A DNA stretch of 54,416 nt. Origin: Candidatus Parcubacteria bacterium. GTDB lineage: Bacteria > Patescibacteriota > Minisyncoccia > Phycocordibacterales > CAIJYI01. The position numbers were made by a program, and so were the translations under genes. Below are positions 8,308-16,883 of the stretch, in pieces. Position 1 is the stretch's first letter, and each line of letters opens with the position of its first letter. Below the pieces are notes generated by a model. It saw nothing but the letters and a program-made list of their open reading frames with translations, did no database searches and was not told the origin of the DNA. The stretch covers positions 1-54,416 of the forward strand of contig JAPLYL010000008.1 of NCBI GenBank assembly GCA_026395595.1, in the 5' to 3' direction.

Positions 8308-8631
8308 TTACGGCATAATCAATAACGTAGCTATCCCGCCAAAACAAAGAGCAAACACGTACACCATCCAGACAGCAACCCACAATAACGGACCGATAAC
8401 CACAAAAAAAGTTTGTGCGCTAGAGATATAAGCTACGTTTACATCAGTAGCCAACAGAAAGGGGTCTGCCAAAAAACGTAACCAATGCGGAACACTTTCC
8501 GGGGAAGAGAGTACATACCCCAAAGCCCAACCGAAGTTGCAATAAACCGCTACTGCGATGATAAACACGACCAACGGGAAAACTTTACTTTCTACAAAGG
8601 TTTTCCAACAATTACGAATACCCTCTAACAT
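8308..8631 (-). CDS. Small integral membrane protein (107 aa)
   Basis: GGAG SD 7-8 nt upstream of ATG 8631. Three hydrophobic segments. Confidence 0.55.
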   Translation of the reverse strand: MLEGIRNCWKTFVESKVFPLVVFIIAVAVYCNFGWALGYVLSSPESVPHWLRFLADPFLLATDVNVAYISSAQTFFVVIGPLLWVAVWMVYVFALCFGGIATLLIMP

Positions 8632-8732
8632 TTTCTTCTCCTTTTTCAAATAATACAAGGACAACATCTACCCTGCGATGCTATCATATTTATTCAAACT
8701 TCTCAACAACAACCACAACACATATATACCGT

Positions 8733-8761
8733 TTTGTCTGGAGGTTTAACCTCCAGACAAA
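8733..8761. repeat. REP-like hairpin, 3' flank of the RAYT gene
   Basis: TTTGTCTGGAGGT-TTA-ACCTCCAGACAAA, a perfect 13-bp stem. Confidence 0.85.
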
Positions 8762-8765
8762 TGCT

Positions 8766-9422
8766 CTAATCAATGGCTAAATATTTAAGTTCCCTTTCAA
8801 GAGCTTTTCGTTCCAACATGATGGGGAGCGCATCTTCCGCGTAATTTTTATAGTCTTCCGAATTTTTAAATTGCCCCATGACAATATCTTTGGAGCATAT
8901 TTTGTTTCTTGTCTGACCAACATATTCGTCCCAGCTTGATCGCACGACTTTTAGAGATTCTTCCGATAATTTATGCACACAAAAATTCAGATTGATATAG
9001 GCGCTCAAATACAAAAGATATTCGTTTGAGTTTATCCACGATGATTTGAATGTTCCGCGAAAAAGAGAGCCTTTTCTTTTATATTTATTATTAAAATACA
9101 TGGTGTATCCTCCCCCAACCCTTTGCATAAACTCACTGATCCCCTTTTCGGAAACCTGTTCCAACAGTAAATGAAAATGATTTGGATTTAGACAGTACGA
9201 CACCACGTTTACCAATTTCTTTTGCGGTTTTTTTCCTTTCAATTCCGGAGCATCAGGCAAAGAACCCAAATAAATTCCTCCGAACGATTCTTCCGTATTG
9301 AAATAAATCAAACTTTCAAGAAAACGCATGGAATCATGTTCATCAACAAAGATATGACGATCGTCTACTCCGTGATTATATACATGGTAAAACTCGCCTA
9401 AAGCAAATGGTTCTCGGTTCAT
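8766..9422 (-). mobile_element. Y1 HUH transposase, IS200/RAYT-like (REP-associated tyrosine transposase)
   Basis: YHVYNHG, HUH motif NHFHLLL, GSLFRGTFKS, and a C-terminal YLSAYINLN (YIxxNP-like Tyr motif). Flanked by GGAGGTTTAACCTCC hairpins. Start moved to ATG 9422 because the track ORF extension covers a hairpin and promoter. Confidence 0.8.
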
Positions 9423-9429
9423 AAAAATA

Positions 9430-9458
9430 AGTATACCATTTGGAGGTTTAACCTCCAA
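9430..9458 (-). promoter_or_regulatory. Promoter, leaderless type (TTGGAG-17-TATACT-7-ATG) for the RAYT gene
   Basis: The -35 lies inside REP hairpin 9439-9459. Confidence 0.5.
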
Positions 9459-9459
9459 A
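9439..9459. repeat. REP-like hairpin, 5' flank of the RAYT gene
   Basis: TTTGGAGGT-TTA-ACCTCCAAA shares the GGAGGTTTAACCTCC core and the downstream ACAAAT with the 8733 copy. Confidence 0.85.
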
Positions 9460-9496
9460 CAAATTGAAAGATATGTGGTATCGTTTGTGCATTTTT

Positions 9497-9525
9497 TTGC
9501 CGGTAATGAACAAAAATGGTATTTT
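9497..9525 (+). promoter_or_regulatory. Promoter, leaderless type (TTGCCG-17-TGGTATTTT-6-ATG) for ung
   Basis: No SD before ATG 9532. Confidence 0.45.
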
Positions 9526-9531
9526 ATATGA

Positions 9532-10203
9532 ATGAAATCCCGAGTCAAAATTGAACCGAGCTGGAAAAAGGCGCTTTCTGGCGAATTTAAAAAGCCGTAT
9601 TTTACAAAACTGACTAATTTTGTGAGGAATGAATATGAATCAGAAACCGTATACCCTCCATCTAAATTTATGTTCCAGGCTTTTGAGTTCTGCCCTTTTG
9701 ATAAGGTAAAGGTAGTGATCCTCGGGCAAGATCCGTATCATGGACCGTCGCAAGCGAACGGTTTGTGTTTTTCCGTGAACGAAAAAATTTCTATTCCTCC
9801 CTCTCTTAAAAATATATACAAAGAAATAAGTAGCGACTTGGAGGCTTCGCCTCCAAGTACAGGCAACCTCATGCACTGGGCGGAGCAAGGCATTTTACTT
9901 TTGAACGCAACACTTACCGTAAGAGCGAACGCACCCGGTTCGCATCAACACCAAGGCTGGGAAGAATTTACCGATGCGGTTATACAAGCGCTTTCGGATA
10001 AAAAAGAAAATCTGGTTTTTTTGCTTTGGGGAAAATACGCGCAGGAAAAAGGCGCGAAAATAAATAAAGAAAAACATCTTGTTTTGACAGCGGCGCACCC
10101 CTCGCCATTTTCAGCATACCACGGTTTTTTCGGATGCAAACATTTCAGTAAGACAAATGAATATCTGAAAAAACACGGGGAGAAGGATATCAAATGGGTA
10201 TAA
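9532..10203 (+). CDS. ung: Uracil-DNA glycosylase, family 1
   Basis: VVILGQDPYHGPSQANGLCFSV and HPSPFSA motifs. Typical length. Confidence 0.95.
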   Translation: MKSRVKIEPSWKKALSGEFKKPYFTKLTNFVRNEYESETVYPPSKFMFQAFEFCPFDKVKVVILGQDPYHGPSQANGLCFSVNEKISIPPSLKNIYKEISSDLEASPPSTGNLMHWAEQGILLLNATLTVRANAPGSHQHQGWEEFTDAVIQALSDKKENLVFLLWGKYAQEKGAKINKEKHLVLTAAHPSPFSAYHGFFGCKHFSKTNEYLKKHGEKDIKWV

Positions 10204-10276
10204 AAAAACCGCTCCGGTGTCAATCGGAGCGGGGGATCACTATTCCTTATGAATCAATGTGGGGATAAAAAACCCT

Positions 10277-10660
10277 TTATTTTTTTGTTTGGCCTTTGCC
10301 TAATCCTGCACGTTTGGCTGAATCTGTACCACCGATAGCGCCGGCACCAGTACCGCCATTAGAATTAGAACGGTTGGCTTCTCTTTTGGCATTTTTATTC
10401 TTTTGTTGCCGAGAAAGAACACCATTTGTCGCTTCTTTTACGGTCTTACCAAAACGGTGTTTTTTACCGCCGGGGACGTTTTCGTCCTTGCCATAAACGC
10501 CATTCAGATAAACGGGTTTTGTTCCACGTTTTTCCAAAATAACATCAGCAGCGGGAAGACCGGCTTCGGTAATATAAAACCGTTTTACTTTGGCTCTGTA
10601 CCCCTGAGCTAACAATTGGGCCAATCTTGGGTGGGTTTTGGGGGTGGTTGTTGTGTTCAT
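10277..10660 (-). CDS. Basic hypothetical protein (127 aa)
   Basis: GAGGAG SD. TTGACA-16-TATACT promoter upstream. Hairpin plus T-run downstream. No recognisable family. Confidence 0.55.
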   Translation of the reverse strand: MNTTTTPKTHPRLAQLLAQGYRAKVKRFYITEAGLPAADVILEKRGTKPVYLNGVYGKDENVPGGKKHRFGKTVKEATNGVLSRQQKNKNAKREANRSNSNGGTGAGAIGGTDSAKRAGLGKGQTKK

Positions 10661-10733
10661 GGCAGCTCCTCGACGGTATTCGTCATCTGTGCCTTTTTAA
10701 AGAATATGATGCGTCAAAAATACATCTGTTGCT

Positions 10734-10761
10734 AGTATAGCATATCCAGATTTTTTGTCAA
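10734..10761 (-). promoter_or_regulatory. Promoter TTGACA-16-TGCTATACT
   Basis: Upstream of CDS 10277-10660, which has a ~70-nt leader with a GAGGAG SD. Confidence 0.6.
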
Positions 10762-10831
10762 GTATTTTGGTGTCTGCAAAGAAAACCCCTGTTTTGCCGG
10801 AAACAAAACGGGGGTTTAAATAAAAAGTAAA

Positions 10832-12229
10832 TTAACCGCCTTTACACTTCTCGCAAAGATCATGACCCTGCCCTTGAACATAGTCACATGACGGAACAGA
10901 GGCAAACATAGAACAATCCACGCTCGGAACACCCATTCCCGCGGAGACTGCCCCGCCGGGGGAAGCGACTGATGGGATATTGGTCGGAGGTGCTTTCATC
11001 GCTCCGGCAGTAGAGGTTTGGATTTCTATTTGCTTTTCAATCTGCTCCCTCATTGCCGCAGGGACAGTAGAGGGTATATTTTTCATAATCTCTTCTTTTG
11101 AAGGCACTGAACCGCTATCTCCCGCACCACTCGGAATACCTCCGGACGGCATCATTTTTGCTTTTATTATTTCCTCAACTTTTCCAAAGCACGCTTCTAT
11201 TTTTCCTCCCATTGACTGCGTCGGCATATCTTGTTTTGCCATGATTCGGTCAAACTTGTCTTTTCCAAGACTGTTTTCCAAACAAGAAATTATTTCACCG
11301 CGGGCTTCTTCCGGGATCTGTTCTAGCCCGGCTTTCATTCTGTCGACACCCGTATTAATGTTTTCTTCCTGTTCTGCCGTCAATAAACCTTTTTCTTTAG
11401 CAAAGTTTGCGCAGGCTGTGGCATTTTCCTCCTTATCACAGTAAGCCGTACATTCATCTTTTCCTTTGCATCCACCGGGACCCTTTCCTCCGACTTTTTT
11501 CGCCATAGCAGAATCCTCAGCGGAAATAAAACCGGCTTTTTCAGCAAAACCGATACATTCATCAAAATGAGAATCTTCGTCACAATAAGCGTTGCATTCA
11601 TCTTTCGTCTGGCATTTTCCCGGAGTTTCTCCATTTTTCAAAAACGGCGCTACTTTACGGGCTTCTGCCAATTGATCAGCAGGAAGAATTCCGGCAGCTT
11701 CCGCAAAATTCAAACATTCATCAATATGAGAACCGACAGCACAGAAACTCTCGCATTCGTTTTTAGTTTTACATGCGCCGGGCATCTTCGATCCTTTAGA
11801 AAGAGCGCTCGCTATTTTTTTCGCTTCCGCCAATTCGGAAGCAGGTATGACGCCGAGTTCTTCACCAAAAGCAATGCATTCGTTGATATTATCAACTTTT
11901 CCTTGGCAGAAAGATTCGCATGATTCTTTGGTCGTACATCCGCCGGGAGTTTGTTTGCTCGCAACTTTTTCCGCCACTATTTTTGAAACGCTGAGTTCTT
12001 CACCGGAGAGCATTCCTTTTTTCTCGGCAAAATTTATGCAGGCGACCATGTTCCCTCCTTTCTCGCAAAAGTCTTTACAGGCGCTTTGATTCCTGCAATT
12101 TCCCAACTCGGGGATAGGATAGCCGATATTTCCGGGAGAAACATTCTGTGCGTATACCATCGCGGTAGAAAAAAGGATCATGGCGACAGCGAAGACTGCG
12201 GAAATGAAAATGTTTTTATGTTGTTTCAT
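10832..12229 (-). CDS. Secreted cysteine-rich repeat protein (5 tandem ~50-aa modules)
   Basis: Signal peptide MKQHKNIFISAVFAVAMILFSTAMVYAQ. Five modules with C-x5-C-x3-C-x8/9-C followed by (I/N)FAExxG...LAEAKK. Confidence 0.75.
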   Translation of the reverse strand: MKQHKNIFISAVFAVAMILFSTAMVYAQNVSPGNIGYPIPELGNCRNQSACKDFCEKGGNMVACINFAEKKGMLSGEELSVSKIVAEKVASKQTPGGCTTKESCESFCQGKVDNINECIAFGEELGVIPASELAEAKKIASALSKGSKMPGACKTKNECESFCAVGSHIDECLNFAEAAGILPADQLAEARKVAPFLKNGETPGKCQTKDECNAYCDEDSHFDECIGFAEKAGFISAEDSAMAKKVGGKGPGGCKGKDECTAYCDKEENATACANFAKEKGLLTAEQEENINTGVDRMKAGLEQIPEEARGEIISCLENSLGKDKFDRIMAKQDMPTQSMGGKIEACFGKVEEIIKAKMMPSGGIPSGAGDSGSVPSKEEIMKNIPSTVPAAMREQIEKQIEIQTSTAGAMKAPPTNIPSVASPGGAVSAGMGVPSVDCSMFASVPSCDYVQGQGHDLCEKCKGG

Positions 12230-12242
12230 ATATTTATGGAAA

Positions 12243-12470
12243 TTATTCAAATGGGTTTTTGTATCCTTGCATCGGATTAATGTCCGCACCGAAAGGGTTG
12301 GTTTTTTCTATGGCATTAGAGGCATTTGACTGCGCCTTCGCAAAAGTTTCCACGATGGTTATCATATCGGGAACCGCAGATTTTTTATTGAGCTGCCATT
12401 GGTATAAAAACCAAAAAAGGACAGCGAGGAAGACGATTCCTATCGCCGAAAAAATATATTTTTTATTCAT
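12243..12470 (-). CDS. Small single-pass membrane protein (75 aa)
   Basis: N-terminal TM (IFSAIGIVFLAVLFWFLY). Its stop lies 14 nt upstream of the Cys-rich gene start. Confidence 0.5.
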   Translation of the reverse strand: MNKKYIFSAIGIVFLAVLFWFLYQWQLNKKSAVPDMITIVETFAKAQSNASNAIEKTNPFGADINPMQGYKNPFE

Positions 12471-12522
12471 AAAAAAAATTACTTGATAAAGTACCTTTTT
12501 ATTATAAAATTACCGCAACAAA

Positions 12523-12557
12523 AAGAAAAGGGATTGCGCAAAGCAATCCCTTTTCTT
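12523..12557 (-). terminator. Terminator after the SurA-like gene
   Basis: AAGAAAAGGGATTGC-GCAAA-GCAATCCCTTTTCTT. Confidence 0.8.
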
Positions 12558-12566
12558 GAAAGCATC

Positions 12567-13208
12567 TTATTTGTAATCTACAAAATATCGTATGCTTGCT
12601 TTTGCTTTGAGAGAAGTAACGAGAGCGGTAATAGCTTCGTTCATTTTCTGCTGTTCCATTTGAGATTTGATCTCTGAACGATACGAATCCTCTTTTCCTG
12701 CGGGAATAGTGATTTTATTTGAGGAAATATATTCTTTTACCTCTTGATCGGTAACGGTCGGCTTAACGGTAATAAGTTTTTCAACTTTCTTCTGAAGAGC
12801 AATTTGAGTGAGCAGGTCTGCCTTGGTAATTCCTTGAGAAGAGAGAGCCTGGTCAAGAGTTCCTCCTTGCGCTTTTATCATCGTTTCAATTCTTGATACT
12901 TCAGCGTTCACTTCATCATCACTGACCTTAACTCCTTGCTTCGCGATTTCTGATTCCACGATCTTTTTAGTGATAAGGTTTTCCAATGCGGTTTTTCCCG
13001 CTTGCTTTTCTGTTTCGCTGATGACCGCAAATCTCCCGATAGGATAACCGTCAACCGTGGCGGCGACAAAGAAACCTTTACAATAATACAAAAGAGCGCA
13101 AACGATTAAAACGCCTGCAATAATAGCGCTCTTTTTTGCATGAGAGCATTTCCATGAGCATGCGCCCTCATGTTTCTTTTTTCCTTCGTGTTTTTTCTCC
13201 TCTTCCAT
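12567..13208 (-). CDS. SurA-N-terminal-domain-like membrane-anchored chaperone (no PPIase domain seen)
   Basis: Start at MEEEKKHEG. One TM segment, then a helical domain resembling the SurA/PrsA N-terminal chaperone domain. The track ORF extension overlaps the divergent CDF gene. Confidence 0.55.
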   Translation of the reverse strand: MEEEKKHEGKKKHEGACSWKCSHAKKSAIIAGVLIVCALLYYCKGFFVAATVDGYPIGRFAVISETEKQAGKTALENLITKKIVESEIAKQGVKVSDDEVNAEVSRIETMIKAQGGTLDQALSSQGITKADLLTQIALQKKVEKLITVKPTVTDQEVKEYISSNKITIPAGKEDSYRSEIKSQMEQQKMNEAITALVTSLKAKASIRYFVDYK

Positions 13209-13374
13209 AAAATATAAATAAACTAGTAAGTAAAATAAGATAAGAAGCGGACAAACTTCTCGTACAGAATAAGTATACCATATTTTTTCGTTTTCAAAAC
13301 AAGTTGACGATATAGCCCGCCCCCTGTATGGTGGGGAAAGAGTTGTCAGTTCATTTTCATAATGAGGTGTTATT

Positions 13375-14064
13375 GTGCATAACCATTGCCATTCTTCGAC
13401 GAAAGACCATTCGCATTCACACAAACAAGCCAGCGAACTGAATCTGTATTTGCTGGCTTTTACCCTTTCTCTTTTTGCCGGAATCATTGAGATTGCCGTT
13501 CGTTACCTCATTTCGGGTTCTGTCTCTCTTTTTGGAGATGCTGCGCACGGAATCTCCGACGGTTCAACCTATGGACTTCTTGCTCTTGTGCTCGTCATTT
13601 GCAAATACCGCCCGGAACAGGAATTAGTCTGGACAAAAATTGCCGTTTGGTTTTCCTTCGGACTCCTCTTTTTTGGAGATTATCTGGTATTTTCCGAAGC
13701 GATTGAACGATTTTTCATCCCGCGCGAAGTGCTCGGCGGATGGACTTTTGTTACCGCAACCTTCAGTTTCGGACTTAATTTGTTCGTCGTCTGGATGCTG
13801 CAAAAGATACCGAAAGAAGAACACAATATCCGCCATGACTCCATGTCTTTCCACGCGCTATCAGACATGTTTGTCTCTGTCGGTGTTATCATTTCTTCTT
13901 TAATTATCATCGCCACCGGCTGGTATGCGGCCGATTGGATTATGGCATTCGCTATTGCTTTCTATCTTTTGTTCCTGTTATGCGTTCTTGCAATAAGAAT
14001 CATTCGTGGAGATTGGAAAATTGGGCACAATCACAGCAAAGAGTGCAGCCATCATCACGAGTAA
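13375..14064 (+). CDS. Cation diffusion facilitator (Zn/Co/Cd-type) transporter lacking the cytoplasmic C-terminal domain
   Basis: GTG start with a GAGG SD. HxxxD in TM2 (HGISD) and TM5 (HALSD). His-rich termini. The ORF ends right after TM6 (229 aa). Confidence 0.8.
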   Translation: MHNHCHSSTKDHSHSHKQASELNLYLLAFTLSLFAGIIEIAVRYLISGSVSLFGDAAHGISDGSTYGLLALVLVICKYRPEQELVWTKIAVWFSFGLLFFGDYLVFSEAIERFFIPREVLGGWTFVTATFSFGLNLFVVWMLQKIPKEEHNIRHDSMSFHALSDMFVSVGVIISSLIIIATGWYAADWIMAFAIAFYLLFLLCVLAIRIIRGDWKIGHNHSKECSHHHE

Positions 14065-14065
14065 A

Positions 14066-14103
14066 AACAAAATTGCCACGATATCAATCGTGGCAATTTT
14101 TTG
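14066..14103. terminator. Bidirectional terminator (CDF / VanW)
   Basis: AATTGCCACGA-TATCAA-TCGTGGCAATT followed by TTTTT. Confidence 0.85.
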
Positions 14104-14113
14104 ACATGAAAAC

Positions 14114-14974
14114 TTAAATTTTTATGTCAATATGATTCGGTTTATACATAACCCTCGCGCAGTTCGTCATTAATTTTTCTTCTTTTATCGCTTTTCCGTC
14201 AACAAGCGTTTCGCGCCATATTTCATTATACCGATAAATTCCATTGGATGTTTCAATAAAGTTATGTTTTTTTTCTTTGATGTGGTATTTTTCTTTTATT
14301 GGTAAAGTGGAAAGAATTTGCCCTTTAAGCTGGCTGTCAGACATCCATAATTTTATTTGCATCGGATATAGCGTCGTGTTTTTTATTTTCAGATCAATCA
14401 GATTATAAAAAATTGTTGCACCGGCGCCAAAAGGAATACTTCTGTCGCTATCGGGAAAAGAATCCCGAGAATGATGTTTCCGCTCGAAGACTTGAAGAGG
14501 GGTATGCAAAAAAAGCCAATACAACAAATTAGAAAGCTGACAAAGTCCTCCGCCTAAACCCTCAACAACTTCCCCGTTTGAAAGAAGCATCCCGTTCACA
14601 TACCCTCTTTTTTTTGTTGTTGCACCGACAAAGTTCCAAAAAGAAAAAATCTCACCAGGAAAAATAATAACGCCATTCAGTGAACGAATGGCTATTTCCA
14701 AATTTTTTATTTTCCCTTCCTGCAATCGAGGATCAGAATCTCCCAGTCTCCTGAAAAGAGGCGATGAATGCCGGGCGATAACGCGGTGAAAAAAAATATG
14801 GCTCTTTCTCTTTGTCAGTCGTGGGTCAAGGTTTTGTTTAACATTATTGACAAAACGACGCACACAGAGAATCAAGGGGAGCAGCATCGGATACTGCGAA
14901 GATACGGCTTTTCTCCCAAAGGCCTCTTCCATCGCTTTTCTGTGAACAGTGTTCAGTATTTCAGAATTTTCCAT
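14114..14974 (-). CDS. VanW-family protein
   Basis: GGGLCQLSNLLYW core typical of the VanW domain. Start placed at MENSEIL to avoid overlap with the upstream ORF. Confidence 0.75.
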   Translation of the reverse strand: MENSEILNTVHRKAMEEAFGRKAVSSQYPMLLPLILCVRRFVNNVKQNLDPRLTKRKSHIFFHRVIARHSSPLFRRLGDSDPRLQEGKIKNLEIAIRSLNGVIIFPGEIFSFWNFVGATTKKRGYVNGMLLSNGEVVEGLGGGLCQLSNLLYWLFLHTPLQVFERKHHSRDSFPDSDRSIPFGAGATIFYNLIDLKIKNTTLYPMQIKLWMSDSQLKGQILSTLPIKEKYHIKEKKHNFIETSNGIYRYNEIWRETLVDGKAIKEEKLMTNCARVMYKPNHIDIKI

Positions 14975-15014
14975 GCGAAATGATATTAGTTCAAACAAAA
15001 AGCAAGGCGCATTT

Positions 15015-15347
15015 TTACCGTGCTGTTTTACACATGGACAGATAAGAGGCGCTAAGTTCGCGGATATCTTCAAAAGATATCTTTCCAGAGAGTTCTTTCA
15101 CTAAAAAATTTTGAAACGCAGGTAAACCGAAGATGACTGCCGGCAAGACAGAATGCGTTTCCTTTATTTTTGGCAGAGTATCCGTTTTTAGAAAAAACTT
15201 CATATTGGTAAAAATCGCACTCAAATTTCCTAAATCGGTCACTGCGGAAATTTCTTGAATAATCGGATTATTCTCAGGAAAAGAGAGGATTTTAAAAAGG
15301 ACTCGTTCCATTTCTCCGATTAAAATGTTTTTTGTTGTTTCGTTCAT
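15015..15347 (-). CDS. Hypothetical protein (110 aa)
   Basis: ORF starting 11 nt downstream of the GGDEF-like gene, on the same strand. No recognisable motif. Confidence 0.5.
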   Translation of the reverse strand: MNETTKNILIGEMERVLFKILSFPENNPIIQEISAVTDLGNLSAIFTNMKFFLKTDTLPKIKETHSVLPAVIFGLPAFQNFLVKELSGKISFEDIRELSASYLSMCKTAR

Positions 15348-15358
15348 AAAAATTGAAA

Positions 15359-16876
15359 TTACAAAATACGACGTATGACATCGGATAATTTTGTTTTTTC
15401 AGAAACAGCCATTTTCACCGTTGGAAATAATTTTACTTGGCCAAAAGGATCTTCTTGCCGGGTGATTGCTTTTTTAATCATCGCTTCGTTTTCCATCGCC
15501 GTTTTCTTCTGAGAGTCTGTGGGATTGGCATATTCTGAAATAATAGCATCCAAAGCGTTTTTCAGAGCGTTTGTTTCGTTCATATTTTCTCCCTCTTCAC
15601 GCACAGCAAAAAGATTTCCCCCGTCCCTGATAATAACGCCATTCATAAAATGGCGATAGATTATTGCAAGTTTCTTCATCATCTCATCTGCGGTCGCATA
15701 ATCATAATGGTTGTTAAAAACGCCAAAATAAGGGACATCCAAACGGATAATCTCAATCTTAGAAACATCCTCTGTCATTTCAACAAGATCAGACAGATAT
15801 TTATCTCCCGATTTATCTAAACGTATCGCGCCAGTACCGGGATCAACCGTTTCCAATCGGATAATTTCTTTTTTCAATCGCTCCTCTAAAAGTTCTTCCC
15901 TTTGTTCTCTGGCAAAAGAAAGTTCGCGTTCTTTTGCTTGCATGAGCCTGACATTTTTTTCAACCCCTTTTGCTTGTTCAAGATATTTATCAGCGGTCTT
16001 TTGTATTTCTGCATTATCATGCGCGATATTTTCCGAAATTTTCACACCCGGGTGTCCTTTCGCCCAAGCAATATCAGCATCCGCTTCGGCAATGCCATAC
16101 ATAACGCCCGACAAAGATTGATCGGTGTTCTCATGGAGTCTGATTTCTTTGGCGGGTGAACGGTAAAAATCCAGAGGAAGAAGCCAATCTTTTTCAGGAA
16201 GAGCATTCAATCTTTTGCGCGCGACTTTTTTCAATAAGTCTCCCGTTCTTTTCTCTGAAACACCGGCATCTCCCAGTTGCCGGTGAAGCCAGGCATCAAC
16301 CGCATTAAGATCTCCTTTTCGTTCCATCTCAAGATATTCCGGATTCTTGGTTATCAATTTCATCTGAGCTTTCACGTTCGTCTCTAATTTTGCGGCGTCA
16401 TAGGCTTCGCGTCCAATTCTTTCTTCCACTAAAAATTTCTCTTTCTTTTGATTGAATCGCTCAAAAAAACTTTCAAGCCTTGCGTCTCCTTTACGGGTAA
16501 TAAAAATAATTTCGTCTCCTCCCGCTCGCACGATCTCAAAAGGCCGTTCTCTTATGTCATTGCCAAAAATTTCCCCGGCGGTGGCATTCAGTAAACCAAA
16601 GCAGTCATCAACATTTTTTCTTGCCGAAGTAGTATCTTCATCCGGACGCCGAAGCATTTCATTACCAACCCCCATTCCTGCCATATCTCCAAGAGTCATT
16701 TCCATTTCATCTCCGAATTTTTCATGCAAATAGGCAATCCCCTCCGGTAAGTACAAGAGTTCTTTATTCCTCATTCCGGTCATATCGTCCAAACGCAAAT
16801 GATATTCGCGTCCTTTCGGCTGTTCGTTTTTTTGAGGCGTCAGTTCAAAACTTGGCATTTTTTCAGCAAAGTTCAT
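15359..16876 (-). CDS. Protein with two tandem divergent GGDEF/palm-like nucleotide cyclase domains
   Basis: Domain 1 (aa ~27-150): DDMTGMRNKELL, GDMAGMGVGNE, VRAGGDEIIFI. Domain 2 (aa ~343-450): VDPGTGAIR, LDVPYFGVFNNHYDYATADEMMKKLA, IIRDGGNLFAV (degenerate). A coiled-coil-like linker lies between them. Confidence 0.65.
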   Translation of the reverse strand: MNFAEKMPSFELTPQKNEQPKGREYHLRLDDMTGMRNKELLYLPEGIAYLHEKFGDEMEMTLGDMAGMGVGNEMLRRPDEDTTSARKNVDDCFGLLNATAGEIFGNDIRERPFEIVRAGGDEIIFITRKGDARLESFFERFNQKKEKFLVEERIGREAYDAAKLETNVKAQMKLITKNPEYLEMERKGDLNAVDAWLHRQLGDAGVSEKRTGDLLKKVARKRLNALPEKDWLLPLDFYRSPAKEIRLHENTDQSLSGVMYGIAEADADIAWAKGHPGVKISENIAHDNAEIQKTADKYLEQAKGVEKNVRLMQAKERELSFAREQREELLEERLKKEIIRLETVDPGTGAIRLDKSGDKYLSDLVEMTEDVSKIEIIRLDVPYFGVFNNHYDYATADEMMKKLAIIYRHFMNGVIIRDGGNLFAVREEGENMNETNALKNALDAIISEYANPTDSQKKTAMENEAMIKKAITRQEDPFGQVKLFPTVKMAVSEKTKLSDVIRRIL

Positions 16877-16883
16877 GCATTTT

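Noticed and set aside
6208-9459. Possibility that the recurring hairpins form a CRISPR array
   Set aside because: There are only four copies. They are irregularly spaced (70 nt to 2.4 kb), differ in sequence, are interspersed with genes and are individually palindromic. This fits REP-type elements, not CRISPR repeats.
9423-9548. N-terminal 42 codons of track ORF 8766-9548
   Set aside because: The extension would read through the REP hairpin and the -10/-35 boxes and would overlap the ung start. The conserved transposase sequence begins at MNREPF (ATG 9422).
13209-13487. N-terminal 93 codons of track ORF 12567-13487
   Set aside because: It overlaps the divergent CDF gene and its promoter and translates to Cys/Trp-rich sequence. 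ATG 13208 gives a sensible tail-TM-chaperone architecture.
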